A program made the translations under genes and the position numbers. DNA of 64,000 nt from Candidatus Poribacteria bacterium. Lineage in GTDB: Bacteria; Poribacteria; WGA-4E; WGA-3G. Where the stretch lies: the NCBI GenBank assembly GCA_965198235.1, contig OZ240248.1:2720001-2784000 (forward strand), given 5' to 3'. Under the pieces are notes generated by a model that was not told where the DNA came from, did no database searches, and saw only the letters and a program-made list of their open reading frames with translations. This document shows positions 19,250 through 29,731 of the stretch, in pieces (within the stretch, counting starts at the first letter, position 1; each line of letters begins with the position of its first letter).

Positions 19250-19409
19250 AACGATTCCGCTTAATTTAGATTTACTGTATCGCTGGCGAGGTTTCCTTGA
19301 GAAAAAAGAAACGCCCTATCAAAAACCCCTATCAAAAACCCCTCGCCCACATATTTCCAGAACCCATCGGAAATTTCAACGACCACGGATCACCCTTAAC
19401 TCACGAAAT

Positions 19410-19452
19410 TTTCATAGCAGTTTCATAGCAGTTTCATAGCAGTTTCATAGCA
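19410..19452. repeat. Tandem 11-bp repeat TTTCATAGCAG x4
   Basis: Directly visible. An inverted copy TGCTATGAAA occurs near 19532. Confidence 0.85.
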
Positions 19453-19842
19453 ACCTTTGATGAAAACCGTCTAAAACCCAATCGTGGTCAGGGTTTATCG
19501 CCTTTCGCGACACCTATTGATTTCTCGGTTTTGCTATGAAAACTGTGAAATTATTCTAACCCAAGTTGCCATCTTTGTAGCACAATCTGTATGAAGTTTC
19601 ATAAAATATTTGGGTAATTCTATGTTTTCCCCAGGTCCGGTAGGTGCGGTATTTCTGCGGATTTCCCGCACCGGACATCGTTCGGAAATTACCGAATTAT
19701 AGTAAAGCCCGAAAATATGTGAACACAGGGGATTTGGGGACCTCCCGCTTCGCTGGCGAGGTTTCCGAACCTCGTCAACTCTTTAGTGTACACTTAATTG
19801 TGGATTTTGCCATAAATGACCTCTGGTAATTCGATGTTTCCC

Positions 19843-19871
19843 TTGACTGTTTTTGCCAAATGCACTATGAT
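19843..19871 (+). promoter_or_regulatory. Candidate hflKC promoter
   Basis: TTGACT, 17 nt spacer, TATGAT. Confidence 0.55.
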
Positions 19872-19930
19872 TATAGGCGTTTATTGTAGTCTACATCCTT
19901 AAATGTCAGAGATAAAAAAGGAGAATTCTT

Positions 19931-20899
19931 GTGCAAGAACTCCATGATTTGATTGAACGGCAACCCTACACGCGTCTCATCACTCCCAAACGGATTTTGT
20001 TTGCGGTTCTCGGTGTGATCGTCTTAGGGTGCTTAGCGACGAGTTTTTATACGGTTGAAGCAGACGAAATCGCGGTTGTGCTGATGTTCGGTAAATCTGT
20101 CCGACAAGCCGAGCCGGGACTCCACTTCAAGTTCCCACTCGGCATTGAGAGAGCCATTAACGTGCCTGTCCGAAAGGTCTTCAAAGAGGAATTCGGTTTT
20201 CGGACGCTGAGAGCCGGCGTTCGGACACAGTATGACACCCGTGATTACGCCGACGAATCCTTGCTACTAACGGGAGACCTGAACATAGCCGATGTCGAAT
20301 GGGTGGTTCAGTATAAAATCAAGGACCCGAAAAGTTTCTTGTTTTCTGTGAGGAATCCACGGCAGGCTTTACGCGACCTCACTGAATCAGTGATGAGCCG
20401 GATAATTGGGGATCGAACTGTCACCGAAGTGTTGACTGTCGGTCGTATTGAAATCGCGGCGGAAGTTGAAAAACATCTTCAACGACTGCTGGATCTGTAT
20501 CAGACCGGGTTAGATGTAGCAACGGTAACCTTGCAGGATGTGAATCCGCCAGAAGCGGTAAAGTCCGCCTTTAACGCCGTTAACGAGGCGAAGCAGGAGA
20601 AAGAGCGATTAATTAACGAGGCGTGGCGCGATTACAACCAATCTGTTCCGAAGTCCAAAGGGTTGGCATTACAAAAGGTTTCCGAAGCACAGGGTTACGC
20701 GCTGAAGCGGGTTAACGAAGCGCAAGGCGATGCAGATCGGTTCAAGTCGATTCGCTCGGAATATCAAAAGGCGAAAGCGGTTACCCGTCGCCGACTCTAT
20801 CTGGAAGCCATGCGAGAGGTTTTGCCACAGGTTAAAGAGATTTATGTTATTGACGGTAAAGTCAACGCACCTATCCCAATCCTGCAACTCAAAGAATAG
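19931..20899 (+). CDS. hflK: FtsH protease modulator HflK
   Basis: Single TM plus SPFH domain; LLTGDLNIADVEWVVQYKI, QDVNPP, TRRRLYLE. Confidence 0.95.
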   Translation: MQELHDLIERQPYTRLITPKRILFAVLGVIVLGCLATSFYTVEADEIAVVLMFGKSVRQAEPGLHFKFPLGIERAINVPVRKVFKEEFGFRTLRAGVRTQYDTRDYADESLLLTGDLNIADVEWVVQYKIKDPKSFLFSVRNPRQALRDLTESVMSRIIGDRTVTEVLTVGRIEIAAEVEKHLQRLLDLYQTGLDVATVTLQDVNPPEAVKSAFNAVNEAKQEKERLINEAWRDYNQSVPKSKGLALQKVSEAQGYALKRVNEAQGDADRFKSIRSEYQKAKAVTRRRLYLEAMREVLPQVKEIYVIDGKVNAPIPILQLKE

Positions 20900-20923
20900 A
20901 GCGTCTACAAAAGGAGTGTTCCG

Positions 20924-21886
20924 ATGAAGTCGACAAAAGTTCTCATACCGTTGATTGTTATTGTAGTTTTGGTGGTGCCGGTTGCGGCAGGTATGTTCTA
21001 TACTGTCTATGAAGGTGAACAGGTCGTAATTACCGAGTTTGGTCGTCCTATTGGGAAACCTATCGTCACTGCTGGGTTAAAAGTAAAAACGCCGTTTATT
21101 CAGCAGGTCCACCGCTTTGAAAAGCGCGTGCTTGAGTGGGATGGGTCCCCTAACCAGATTCCGACGAAGGATAAGAAATTCATCTGGCTTGATACGACGG
21201 CGCGGTGGCGTATTAAAGACGCTCTTAAGTTCTATCAAGCACTCGGGACGGAAGAGTTTGCGCAGTCTCGTTTGGATGACATTATTGATTCTGCGGCGCG
21301 TGATTTAGTAACGGCGCAGCTGCTGATTGAGGTTGTGCGAGATTCAAATCGGGTGTTAAGTCTTGATCTGGAAGTCCTTGAAGATGAGGAAGGGCAATCC
21401 GGCGAACCGTTGGAAGAGATTCAGATTGGCAGGGAGCGGATTACACGGATGATTCTCGAAAAAGTTCAGGAAACTGTCCCACAGTTTGGGATCGAACTCG
21501 TTGATGTTCAGGTAAAGCGAATTAACTATGTAGATGAAGTCCGTAAGAAGGTCTTTGATCGCATGATTTCGGAACGTCAACGTATCTCTGAAAAGTATAA
21601 ATCGGAGGGTGAAGGCGAAGCCGCGGACATCATGGGGCAGAAGCAGAAGGAGTTAGAACGGATCCAATCTGAAGCGTATAAGGAAGCCGAGCAGCTTAAA
21701 GGCGATGCTGATGCGGAAGCCATCCAAATCTATGCCGAAGCGCACGGTCAAGATCCGGAGTTTTTCGCCTTTATCCAAACCCTTGAAACGTATCGGCAGA
21801 CAACCGGCGAGCATACAAAACTCATCTTGACAACGGATAGCGACCTCTATAGGTATCTCAAAAGCAGTGAAGCACTCAGGCGTTGA
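20924..21886 (+). CDS. hflC: FtsH protease modulator HflC
   Basis: SPFH domain; IPTKDKK, RMISER, DPEFFAF. Follows hflK. Confidence 0.95.
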   Translation: MKSTKVLIPLIVIVVLVVPVAAGMFYTVYEGEQVVITEFGRPIGKPIVTAGLKVKTPFIQQVHRFEKRVLEWDGSPNQIPTKDKKFIWLDTTARWRIKDALKFYQALGTEEFAQSRLDDIIDSAARDLVTAQLLIEVVRDSNRVLSLDLEVLEDEEGQSGEPLEEIQIGRERITRMILEKVQETVPQFGIELVDVQVKRINYVDEVRKKVFDRMISERQRISEKYKSEGEGEAADIMGQKQKELERIQSEAYKEAEQLKGDADAEAIQIYAEAHGQDPEFFAFIQTLETYRQTTGEHTKLILTTDSDLYRYLKSSEALRR

Positions 21887-22077
21887 GCCTCATACAGCGG
21901 TCAGCAAGGAGATTTGTAGCCCCGTAGGGGCGGCATTTGTATAGAGTCGCTTGAAATATTTCTATTTGTGCTATGATGCTGGTTGAAGTCTGAAATCGAG
22001 GGTTTCCTCTATTGCGTGAATCGTCAACGCTCTCCTCTCAGTGCCGTAGGTTGGGTTGAACGGGAACCTACTAACAT

Positions 22078-22270
22078 TCGCAGCCTCGCCGAAGAGGGGT
22101 TCGTTGACACGGTGGAAGTCGCTATCATCCCAATCATACTTGGCGGAGGTGTTCCGCTCGTTGCCGAGCTGTCCACGCGAGTCTCACTGACGTTAAAGGA
22201 GCACACGGTGTACAAGAAGACCGGGACCGTCGGGTTGGTGTACACCGTAAACAGTGCCGGTCAGACGTGA
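22078..22270 (+). pseudogene. 3' remnant of a dihydrofolate reductase/RibD C-terminal-domain gene
   Basis: SLAEEGFVDTVEVAIIPIILGGGVPL...GTVGLVY matches the family C-terminus. The 5' part is missing and a REP-like GTAGGTTGGGTTGA sits upstream. Confidence 0.65.
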
Positions 22271-22449
22271 GCACGGGACCTCGAAGGTCCACCGCTGGTG
22301 AGGTTCCCTTGGGGAAATCTCGCCAGCGGGGTGTTGGGTTTCGCTCCTCTTGAAATTGCCTCACAGTGAGAGTTATTTCTATAATTCACCATAATATTTC
22401 GACACTGAGGGTTGCTCCTCTGATAACTGAATACTGACAACTACATTCT

Positions 22450-24339
22450 GTGAAGCGTCAACTTTCTCCTCTTAGTTTAAAAGCGGTTTGCATCGGACTG
22501 CTGCTAATTCCAGCGAATGCGATGTGGCAGATGATGGGGCTGCGTTGGGACATCGCACACATGTCGATGATCTCGCTGCTCTATAACACGATCACGCTGC
22601 TGTTCGTGCTGACGATCGTGAACCGCTTCGCGAAAAAAGTTTCACCTCAACTCTCTCTTTCCGCTGCCGAACTCCTAACAATCTATGTGATGTTGTGCCT
22701 CTCGACCGCGATCGGTGGGCACATGTGCGTGCAGATTCTCCTTCCGATTATTAGCTACGCCTTCGCTTATGCCACACCGGAGAACGATTGGCAGTCCCTG
22801 TTTTGGCATTATATCCCGTCATGGGCATCGGTCACTGATAAGCGCGGACTCGCCAATTTTTTCGATGGCAGCTCTACGTTCTACCCGCACCTCGAGGCGT
22901 GGAGCACCCCGTTGTTGTGGTGGGGACTTTTTCTCGCGGCACTGTTTTCGGTGATGCTCAGCATCAACTTCATTTTCCGAAGGCAGTGGACCGAAAATGA
23001 GAAGTTGAGTTATCCGCTGATCCAATTGCCGCTGGCGATGGCGAATCCAAGAAGCGGGTTCTTCCGAAACAAGGCGATGTGGATCGGGTTCGGGGTTGCG
23101 GCTGGTATCGATCTCCTCAACGGGGTTAATTACCTGTTCCCGCAAGTGCCGCGGCTCAGTGGTATCCGTGCGTACGACATCGCCGATTTCTTTACTGTCC
23201 GTCCGTGGAACGCGATTACATGGTTCCCAATCGGCATTTACCCCTTCGCCGTTGGATTGGCATTTTTTATGCCGTTGGAGTTGTCGTTCTCTTGTTGGTT
23301 CTTTTACCTGTATTGGCAGGCACTCCGTGTGTTAGGGAGTGCGGTCGGTGTGTCGGCACCGTTCCCGTATGCGGAGGAGCAGTCTTTCGGGGCGTATCTC
23401 GGTATCGGTGTGGTTGCGGTCTGGAGTGGGCGCCGATACTTGACCCAAGTGCTCCGTAGGCTGTTTGGCACGCGCGCGACGCTCGCGGATCAGGACGAGC
23501 CGATCTCTTACCGTGCGGCGGTGCTATGGATGTTGTTGAGTGTGGTGTTCCTTGTCGGGTTCTGCTATAAACTTGGGATGTCGTTGTGGGTCATCGCGAC
23601 CTTCTTTGGGCTTTTCTTCGGGTTAGCGACGGGGATTACGCGGATGCGTGCCGAACTCGGATCACCCGTTCACGACCAGCATTATGCAGGTCCCGACAGG
23701 ATGATGTATTCAGTCTTCGGGGCAAAACGGCTCGGTGTGAGTAATCTGACGGGATTGGCGTATCTCTACTTTTTCAATCGTGCTTACGATTGCCTGTTGA
23801 TGCCGCACCATCTTGAGGGTTTGAAAATTGCGGAGCGTGCTGACATCGAAAACAAGACCTTCGCGAAGGCGGTGATTGTCGCTATCGGTGTGAGTATCGT
23901 CGCGACGATCTGGGCGTACCTGCATGTCTCGTATCAGGACGGTGTCTATACAGCGTGGGCAGGCAGGGAGACCTTCAGTCGGCTCGGTAGACGGCTCGTC
24001 CAACCCGCGGGTCCCGATACCGCAGTGCTGAGCGCAATCAGTGTCGGGACAGTTGTTGCGATTCTTTTGGCTTTTTTACGCAGTCGGTGGATGTGGATGC
24101 CGTTCCATTCAGCGGGTTATGCCGTCACCAGCACCTTCACGATGAATTTCTTCTGGTTTTCGCTCCTTGTAAGTTTCATCCTGAAATGGATTATTACGAA
24201 ACATGGTGGCATCGGCGGTTTTCGGAGGGCGGCACCCTTCTTTCTCGGTCTTGTATTGGGGGAGTTTGTGGTGACGACTTTCTGGGGCACAGTGGCGATT
24301 CTGTTCCGGGTGGAGACCTACATTACGATTAATTTGTAG
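22450..24339 (+). CDS. Polytopic membrane protein, DUF6785/DUF6784-like (putative peptide transporter)
   Basis: Many TM segments; FRRQWTENEKLSYPL, RMRAELG, PFFLGLVLGE. Confidence 0.75.
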   Translation: MKRQLSPLSLKAVCIGLLLIPANAMWQMMGLRWDIAHMSMISLLYNTITLLFVLTIVNRFAKKVSPQLSLSAAELLTIYVMLCLSTAIGGHMCVQILLPIISYAFAYATPENDWQSLFWHYIPSWASVTDKRGLANFFDGSSTFYPHLEAWSTPLLWWGLFLAALFSVMLSINFIFRRQWTENEKLSYPLIQLPLAMANPRSGFFRNKAMWIGFGVAAGIDLLNGVNYLFPQVPRLSGIRAYDIADFFTVRPWNAITWFPIGIYPFAVGLAFFMPLELSFSCWFFYLYWQALRVLGSAVGVSAPFPYAEEQSFGAYLGIGVVAVWSGRRYLTQVLRRLFGTRATLADQDEPISYRAAVLWMLLSVVFLVGFCYKLGMSLWVIATFFGLFFGLATGITRMRAELGSPVHDQHYAGPDRMMYSVFGAKRLGVSNLTGLAYLYFFNRAYDCLLMPHHLEGLKIAERADIENKTFAKAVIVAIGVSIVATIWAYLHVSYQDGVYTAWAGRETFSRLGRRLVQPAGPDTAVLSAISVGTVVAILLAFLRSRWMWMPFHSAGYAVTSTFTMNFFWFSLLVSFILKWIITKHGGIGGFRRAAPFFLGLVLGEFVVTTFWGTVAILFRVETYITINL

Positions 24340-24431
24340 GACAGATCTCCGAATCCCGACTTCTGATACATAATCCTGTGAATCCTTTTCAAGTCTGAAA
24401 ACTCCGCCCTAAAGTGCGGGAAGGAATTATA

Positions 24432-24974
24432 ATGAAAGTCTTGGTCGGTTCTGGAAATTCAGTGAAAATTCAGAGCGTGCGGGAAGGTTTTTTAACATTT
24501 TTTGAACATGTAGCGGTCGAAGGTATAAACGTTGATACAGGTGTTCCCGAGCAGCCTGTTAATTATGAGACATTTGAGGGTGCCAAAAATCGCGCTGAGA
24601 ACGTTAAGCGAATAAATGATCAACAGAACCTCAACGCGACATTTTTTCTCGGAATTGAAGGAGGCGTTCTTCAACTCCATGATAGGTGGTTTAGTTTGAA
24701 TGTCGTTTATATTTTAGATCAACACAATCGAGACAGTTTTGCCACAACTGGACTTTATGAATTGCCCAGTGCGATATCGAAAGACCTTTTGATCGAAAAA
24801 GGATTAGGACGTGCCCTTGGTGAACTTGCCAATGATAACTATGCTGCCCGTGAACATGGCACTGTTGGATTTCTGACAAATGGTAAGATGGATAGGTTCC
24901 AAAATCAGGCACAAGGCATAACTTTAGCATTAATCCCTTTTCTTAATGACAACCTTTATTTTCCTTCTTCCTGA
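24432..24974 (+). CDS. yjjX: Inosine/xanthosine triphosphatase (YjjX/DUF84)
   Basis: VGSGNSVK, GVPEQP, GAKNRA, GIEGG, GTVGFLT. Confidence 0.88.
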   Translation: MKVLVGSGNSVKIQSVREGFLTFFEHVAVEGINVDTGVPEQPVNYETFEGAKNRAENVKRINDQQNLNATFFLGIEGGVLQLHDRWFSLNVVYILDQHNRDSFATTGLYELPSAISKDLLIEKGLGRALGELANDNYAAREHGTVGFLTNGKMDRFQNQAQGITLALIPFLNDNLYFPSS

Positions 24975-25150
24975 TAGACGGCACGAATTTTGAGGGAAAG
25001 GTTGTGTATGAATTTTGTTAAAAGTAGTAGGGTCTTTAGAAGGTTTCTCATACGCGGAAACCTTCTCCCTCCGTGGGTTCTCCGTAACTTGGATCTTTAT
25101 TATCATCCAACCCAACCTACACGATTGCCTAGTGCGGTTAGAAACCGCAC

Positions 25151-26619
25151 CATAGGTGTCAATTTAGGGGGTTTTCAGTGGCCTCTTGGAGTCGTCTAAG
25201 GGTTGTATTTTTTCCAGTGCTTCTCTGAAAAGAGCCTCCCTTTTCAAATGAACGTCTTATGTTTTTCAAGGTTTCAAGGAGTGCGGTTTTTGAGTGATGA
25301 AAACTCATCGTTAGCAGCCTTGCATAGCCTGCGATATATTTTGCGGTCTTGATGAAACTGTGTTGTATCTGTCGGTATCCGGCGGCTAACATGACGGTGT
25401 GTTGAATCAGGAGCGCGATGAGTTTGGCATAGATTTCAGATAAGATCCGATAGGGTTTCTGACTCCGAGAGACAGTCAGTTTTCCGGTGCTTTTGAAGCC
25501 TTTAAACATCAACTCAATCTGCCATCGGATGCCGACGATGACTGCTATCTGTTTGGGAGTGAGTCGATGTTCTTCGATATTGGTGATATAAAGGTTGTAT
25601 CCAGCGAGCCGTAAGAGGGTTTTTGAGGGGGTTTGGGCTTTGCGTTTGGCACGGTATCGGATGGAGCGTCGGCGTTTATTTGTCTGTGCTTGCGAAAGTC
25701 TTTGGGCGACGAGATAAACCGGAAGTTGCTTTGTTTTTCCGATCCGAATAGACTTACGGATGAAGGTGTCTTCTTGAGTGGCTTTGAGCATCTTTTCTAA
25801 AGAGAGACGTTCCCCGTTTTGATCAGACAGATAAGAGTTGGCTTTCAAGCGAGAGATCCAGTAGATGCCGTTTTCAGTAAGTTTCTCAAACGTATCGAGC
25901 GAAAAATAAGCGAGGTCTGCGAGTTGTAAACTTCCCTGTGGGAGTGGCTCCGATGCCTTTACGGTTGTGGAATCGGCAGCCATACCCTCGGTGAGTTGGA
26001 ACTGTTGGAAGCCCCCCGTAAGCACATCAAAGCGCAGATGAAGTTTCAGTGCGGCTTTCTGCGGATGATTCTTTTTCGGGTGTCCTTTCCACATCTCATG
26101 GAGTTCATCGGGGAGCGATATCCATGTGCTGTCTTGAACATAAACACCGTTGAAATGCTGAAGTAAAGGGAGCTCTTGCGGGTCAGAAGCCACCTCAATC
26201 GTATGTGCGATAGCCGTTTCGAGAGTGATCTTCAGCATTTCAGCGGTTTCTGGGGTGAGGCGCTGCTCAATGGCTTGTCGGGAGACACTGATGCCCAAGA
26301 AACTCGCAGTTTCAGCAAGTTGCTGATAACTCGCCTCTGGATGTTCTAACCAGCCAAGGACGAGGATTTCAGCCAGCGCACTCCCCGTGAGTTTTCGCCT
26401 TCTTTGGAGCATACCGCTCTCAACGGCAGCTTTATCTGGGAGACTTCTCAGAATCTCTTGCATTTTATCGCAAACCTGTTGTAAAATGGACATTGGAAAC
26501 ACCTCTTTTGTAGAATCGATTTGAATCTCTTTTCTACATTATGTGAGAGGTGTTTCTACTTGGCAACACTTTTTTATGCTCTAAAAATACACGGATCTGC
26601 TCCTAAATTGACACCTATG
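25151..26619 (-). mobile_element. Complete IS4-family insertion sequence (1469 bp)
   Basis: Perfect 18-bp TIRs CATAGGTGTCAATTTAGG (25151-25168 and 26602-26619). Flanking 19-bp direct repeat GTGCGGTTAGAAACCGCAC. Confidence 0.92.
25159..26502 (-). CDS. IS4-family DDE transposase
   Basis: QDST, LADLAY and RWQIELMFK (YREK-like) motifs. The stop codon lies inside the TIR. Confidence 0.92.
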   Translation of the reverse strand: MFPMSILQQVCDKMQEILRSLPDKAAVESGMLQRRRKLTGSALAEILVLGWLEHPEASYQQLAETASFLGISVSRQAIEQRLTPETAEMLKITLETAIAHTIEVASDPQELPLLQHFNGVYVQDSTWISLPDELHEMWKGHPKKNHPQKAALKLHLRFDVLTGGFQQFQLTEGMAADSTTVKASEPLPQGSLQLADLAYFSLDTFEKLTENGIYWISRLKANSYLSDQNGERLSLEKMLKATQEDTFIRKSIRIGKTKQLPVYLVAQRLSQAQTNKRRRSIRYRAKRKAQTPSKTLLRLAGYNLYITNIEEHRLTPKQIAVIVGIRWQIELMFKGFKSTGKLTVSRSQKPYRILSEIYAKLIALLIQHTVMLAAGYRQIQHSFIKTAKYIAGYARLLTMSFHHSKTALLETLKNIRRSFEKGGSFQRSTGKNTTLRRLQEATENPLN

Positions 26620-26913
26620 GTGCGGTTAGAAACCGCACCATAGATATCCATTTCAAAAAGAGTGTGGAAAAAGGGATCGGACTGGAAATCTCACCAATGC
26701 ACTTGGAGATGAGCATTTTTTGTCTGAATCGCAGGTTTATCGGACGAAGCGGATTTCAAGAGTTTTTGATTGGCACTCTTAGTCCCGTACGGGTAGCATT
26801 TCCATAGCAGTTTTTCTTAAATTGACACGCATAATAGAGTGAACCCAACTGTTCAATCGAATTTACGCGCGTATTACTAAGTACTGGGTTCACTACAATA
26901 ACTGTCACTGGAA

Positions 26914-27480
26914 TTAGGTTTCCTTGGTTTTTACCAATTTCAGTTTTGTAAGAAAAGAAAGGACTTTTGCAATGTCTTTCTCAGTGAAATTCCAGCCATA
27001 CTGTTTGGCTGTTTGGCTGACTTCTTTTACACTCTTTTCTCCTTCCCAATCAACGATGTAATGCACTTTCGCTGCAATCGAGAGGAGGTTGAAATCATTG
27101 GCAATTTCTTGATTGTTGATTTTCTTAAGTGCTCTGTCCCACTTAAGGAAATCGTTTTTTTTCTGAGTGGTCTGCCAGACTCTTCTTCCTGCATCTGTGA
27201 GAAAATACGTATGTCGGCGCTTTTCACCTAAAGCATTCCGCTCAGTTGAATCTGTGGTAAAAAATTCTGTAACTTCCTTAAAGATGCCATCTTCGACTAA
27301 GCCATTTAGGTGTTCTGCAACAAAACCACTGTAAGGCCCGTAGTAGTGAGCAGAGAAGCCAAAATTTGCTTTTCGCAGGACCGATAAAAAATAAAGTTTC
27401 TTTTGAAGGAGTGTCCTACCGTGTAGGCCGTCTTTCCCTTCTCTTTTGACAACGAGTAGGAGGGCATCAATAATGTGCAT
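26914..27480 (-). CDS. YwgA/SocA-like winged-helix protein
   Basis: GRTLLQKKLYFL...FSAHYYGPYS...YFLTDAG. Lies directly downstream of an HD hydrolase, as in ywfO-ywgA. Confidence 0.7.
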   Translation of the reverse strand: MHIIDALLLVVKREGKDGLHGRTLLQKKLYFLSVLRKANFGFSAHYYGPYSGFVAEHLNGLVEDGIFKEVTEFFTTDSTERNALGEKRRHTYFLTDAGRRVWQTTQKKNDFLKWDRALKKINNQEIANDFNLLSIAAKVHYIVDWEGEKSVKEVSQTAKQYGWNFTEKDIAKVLSFLTKLKLVKTKET

Positions 27481-27491
27481 ATCATCTCCTT

Positions 27492-28874
27492 TTAAACGGA
27501 TCGCAAAATGTTTTGAATTTCACGCGCCTGTTTTTCGGATACATTAGCTGGCGCGTAAACTTGAACGGTTTCTAAGGAAGAGGCTTTAGTGGCGGGTCTC
27601 ACGAAAAACAGCTCACCCGCGTACTCAGTCAGAAACTCTAGGACCTGTTGTTTTTCGTCGAAAATCATAATTGCTTCTGGATTCGGTGCCTCCGTTTGAC
27701 TGACATAATTCAGATCTCGAATTGGAGGCTTCTTGATAATGACATAATCGGCATCAATGCCAAGGTGTTCTGCGATCTCTTGTTCATATTCACCTTTCCG
27801 AATTGGATCCGCCGCCATTTCACGAAGACCTTCATGAACCATTCCATCCCTCTCGTCTTTAAACCTGATCTCGGTAATCATTTTGAAGAGTTCCCGATTA
27901 TAAAGCTGATTAAAGATCTCACGTGCTTTTTCTTGCTTGCAGTTCCTCAAAAGTTCAATCATTTTCTCATCATGATAGTCGAGATAGTTTTGAACGAAAT
28001 CTTTTTTCTTTTTTTCATAATTTTCATTGGAATCCCTTCTACTTTTTTTAGGGTATTTGTAAAGTTTGGTCATTTGCCTATTGCGACCATCAATTGCAAG
28101 CGTAATTCCACGAATAATCATCTCATTGGAAATGAGGCTGACTCGGTGCCAATAAACCTGCTGTGTCATGTGATATCGCGCGAGTAGGAGCTGTTCAAGG
28201 GCATAAATTCCTTTACTACTAATCGCAAGCGGTGTTTCTCGACGATCTACTATAAGACAGGACTCAATAAGTTTTTCCAAATCGTATTGTCCATATTTGA
28301 CACCGGCAAAATAAGAATCGCGTAAAAGATAGTCCATTTTATCCGCGTCTAACTCACTGGAGACAATATCGCGATGCCAGTCTCGGATTTTTTTACTTCC
28401 TTCAATGATTTCTACTACAAAATCAAGATCTCTGTCCAGAATTTCACTGATTTTCGGATCTGTTTGAATGATATTTACCGTGATTTTCTCGTGTATTTTT
28501 TCCAGGTTCTGCCCTGTATCGGCATCTGTCGGTGCGTATTTATCCAAAAGATGCTCGGAAACATGACTAAAAGGGCCGTGCCCCACATCATGAAGCAACG
28601 CCGCAAGTCGAATCCGATCCACGTCTTCATCCGATACTCTCGTTGAATTTAACTCCTGAAGCCTCTGGCAAATTCGTCCGGCGATGTGCATGACCCCAAT
28701 TGAATGGTCAAACCGTGTATGCACGGCACCCGGATACACCAAAAATGTCATCGCTAATTGTCGAATCCGATGAAGCCGTTGAAACACTTGGGTATCAATT
28801 AGTTGTTTCTCTTTTTCAGAAAGTTTGATAAACCCGTGAATTGGGTCTCGTATTTCGTGGGGACGTTCTGTCAT
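27492..28874 (-). CDS. SAMHD1-like HD phosphohydrolase (putative dNTPase)
   Basis: RDPIHG, QRLHRIRQL, HTRFDHSIGV, LLHDVGHGPFSH, DADKMDYLLRD. Confidence 0.92.
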   Translation of the reverse strand: MTERPHEIRDPIHGFIKLSEKEKQLIDTQVFQRLHRIRQLAMTFLVYPGAVHTRFDHSIGVMHIAGRICQRLQELNSTRVSDEDVDRIRLAALLHDVGHGPFSHVSEHLLDKYAPTDADTGQNLEKIHEKITVNIIQTDPKISEILDRDLDFVVEIIEGSKKIRDWHRDIVSSELDADKMDYLLRDSYFAGVKYGQYDLEKLIESCLIVDRRETPLAISSKGIYALEQLLLARYHMTQQVYWHRVSLISNEMIIRGITLAIDGRNRQMTKLYKYPKKSRRDSNENYEKKKKDFVQNYLDYHDEKMIELLRNCKQEKAREIFNQLYNRELFKMITEIRFKDERDGMVHEGLREMAADPIRKGEYEQEIAEHLGIDADYVIIKKPPIRDLNYVSQTEAPNPEAIMIFDEKQQVLEFLTEYAGELFFVRPATKASSLETVQVYAPANVSEKQAREIQNILRSV

Positions 28875-28911
28875 TGTTATAATTATACCATTATTTGTTG
28901 AGTAATGCAAA

Positions 28912-29691
28912 TTAATTTTCGTGATTTTCAGATTTTTCTCGGGTTACGGCATATTCATAAAATCCATACAGGACCGTGTTGCGATAATACCTAAGGAGCC
29001 TTTTATACATGTAAAAAAATAGGAAAACTAATAGAAAACTAACTCCAGTCAAGATAGTAACGGACCACTTGGTAGATTCAGACGAAATCCATAGATGAAT
29101 ACCTCGCGCCAAGAACCCAAGTGTTGCCAAGACAGATATGGACATCATCAGTTTAGCAGACTCATGCCTAGAAAACAACACAAAAGCGCGTGAATAAAGG
29201 GCAGGACTTTGCTTAATGAGAATACTACGACAAAAATCGAAAATCTCCGTGTATTCCACATCCCTTTTTATTTTATTCACCCTAATTGTGAAAATTTCTT
29301 CAATCTGATTCTTAAACTGGCATACAAACTGGTCTGAATATGGATTGAAATCTTCTGAGGAATCCCTAAACTCAGGTTTGAATAGTCCCTTCATAAACCA
29401 TCCACTATCTGTATGCAATTTTTTTAACCATTTCCATTTGGACGCAGACTTAAAGAATGCTTCGCTGCCTCCATGGATTATGAAACCCATAAGATAACCT
29501 GCAAACATGAAAAGAATACCTTGAGCCACGGTGGTTGGTAGGTAATGTGCTAAACCGTTTGTTGCATCGTTCGGTGAATGCTTCAGAATGCCAGGATTGA
29601 TCAGAATAAGGACGATAACCATCACAACGACTCCTGGTAAAGTATACCCCAAGAAATCATACAGACTAAACGGAATTCGCACCAATTTCAC
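28912..29691 (-). CDS. Uncharacterised four-TM membrane protein
   Basis: N-terminal FSLYDFLGYTLPG; two pairs of hydrophobic helices around a soluble loop. Confidence 0.75.
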   Translation of the reverse strand: MKLVRIPFSLYDFLGYTLPGVVVMVIVLILINPGILKHSPNDATNGLAHYLPTTVAQGILFMFAGYLMGFIIHGGSEAFFKSASKWKWLKKLHTDSGWFMKGLFKPEFRDSSEDFNPYSDQFVCQFKNQIEEIFTIRVNKIKRDVEYTEIFDFCRSILIKQSPALYSRAFVLFSRHESAKLMMSISVLATLGFLARGIHLWISSESTKWSVTILTGVSFLLVFLFFYMYKRLLRYYRNTVLYGFYEYAVTREKSENHEN

Positions 29692-29731
29692 CTCTCAAAA
29701 ACGAATCTGTTTTACCAATGGGTTTTACGAA

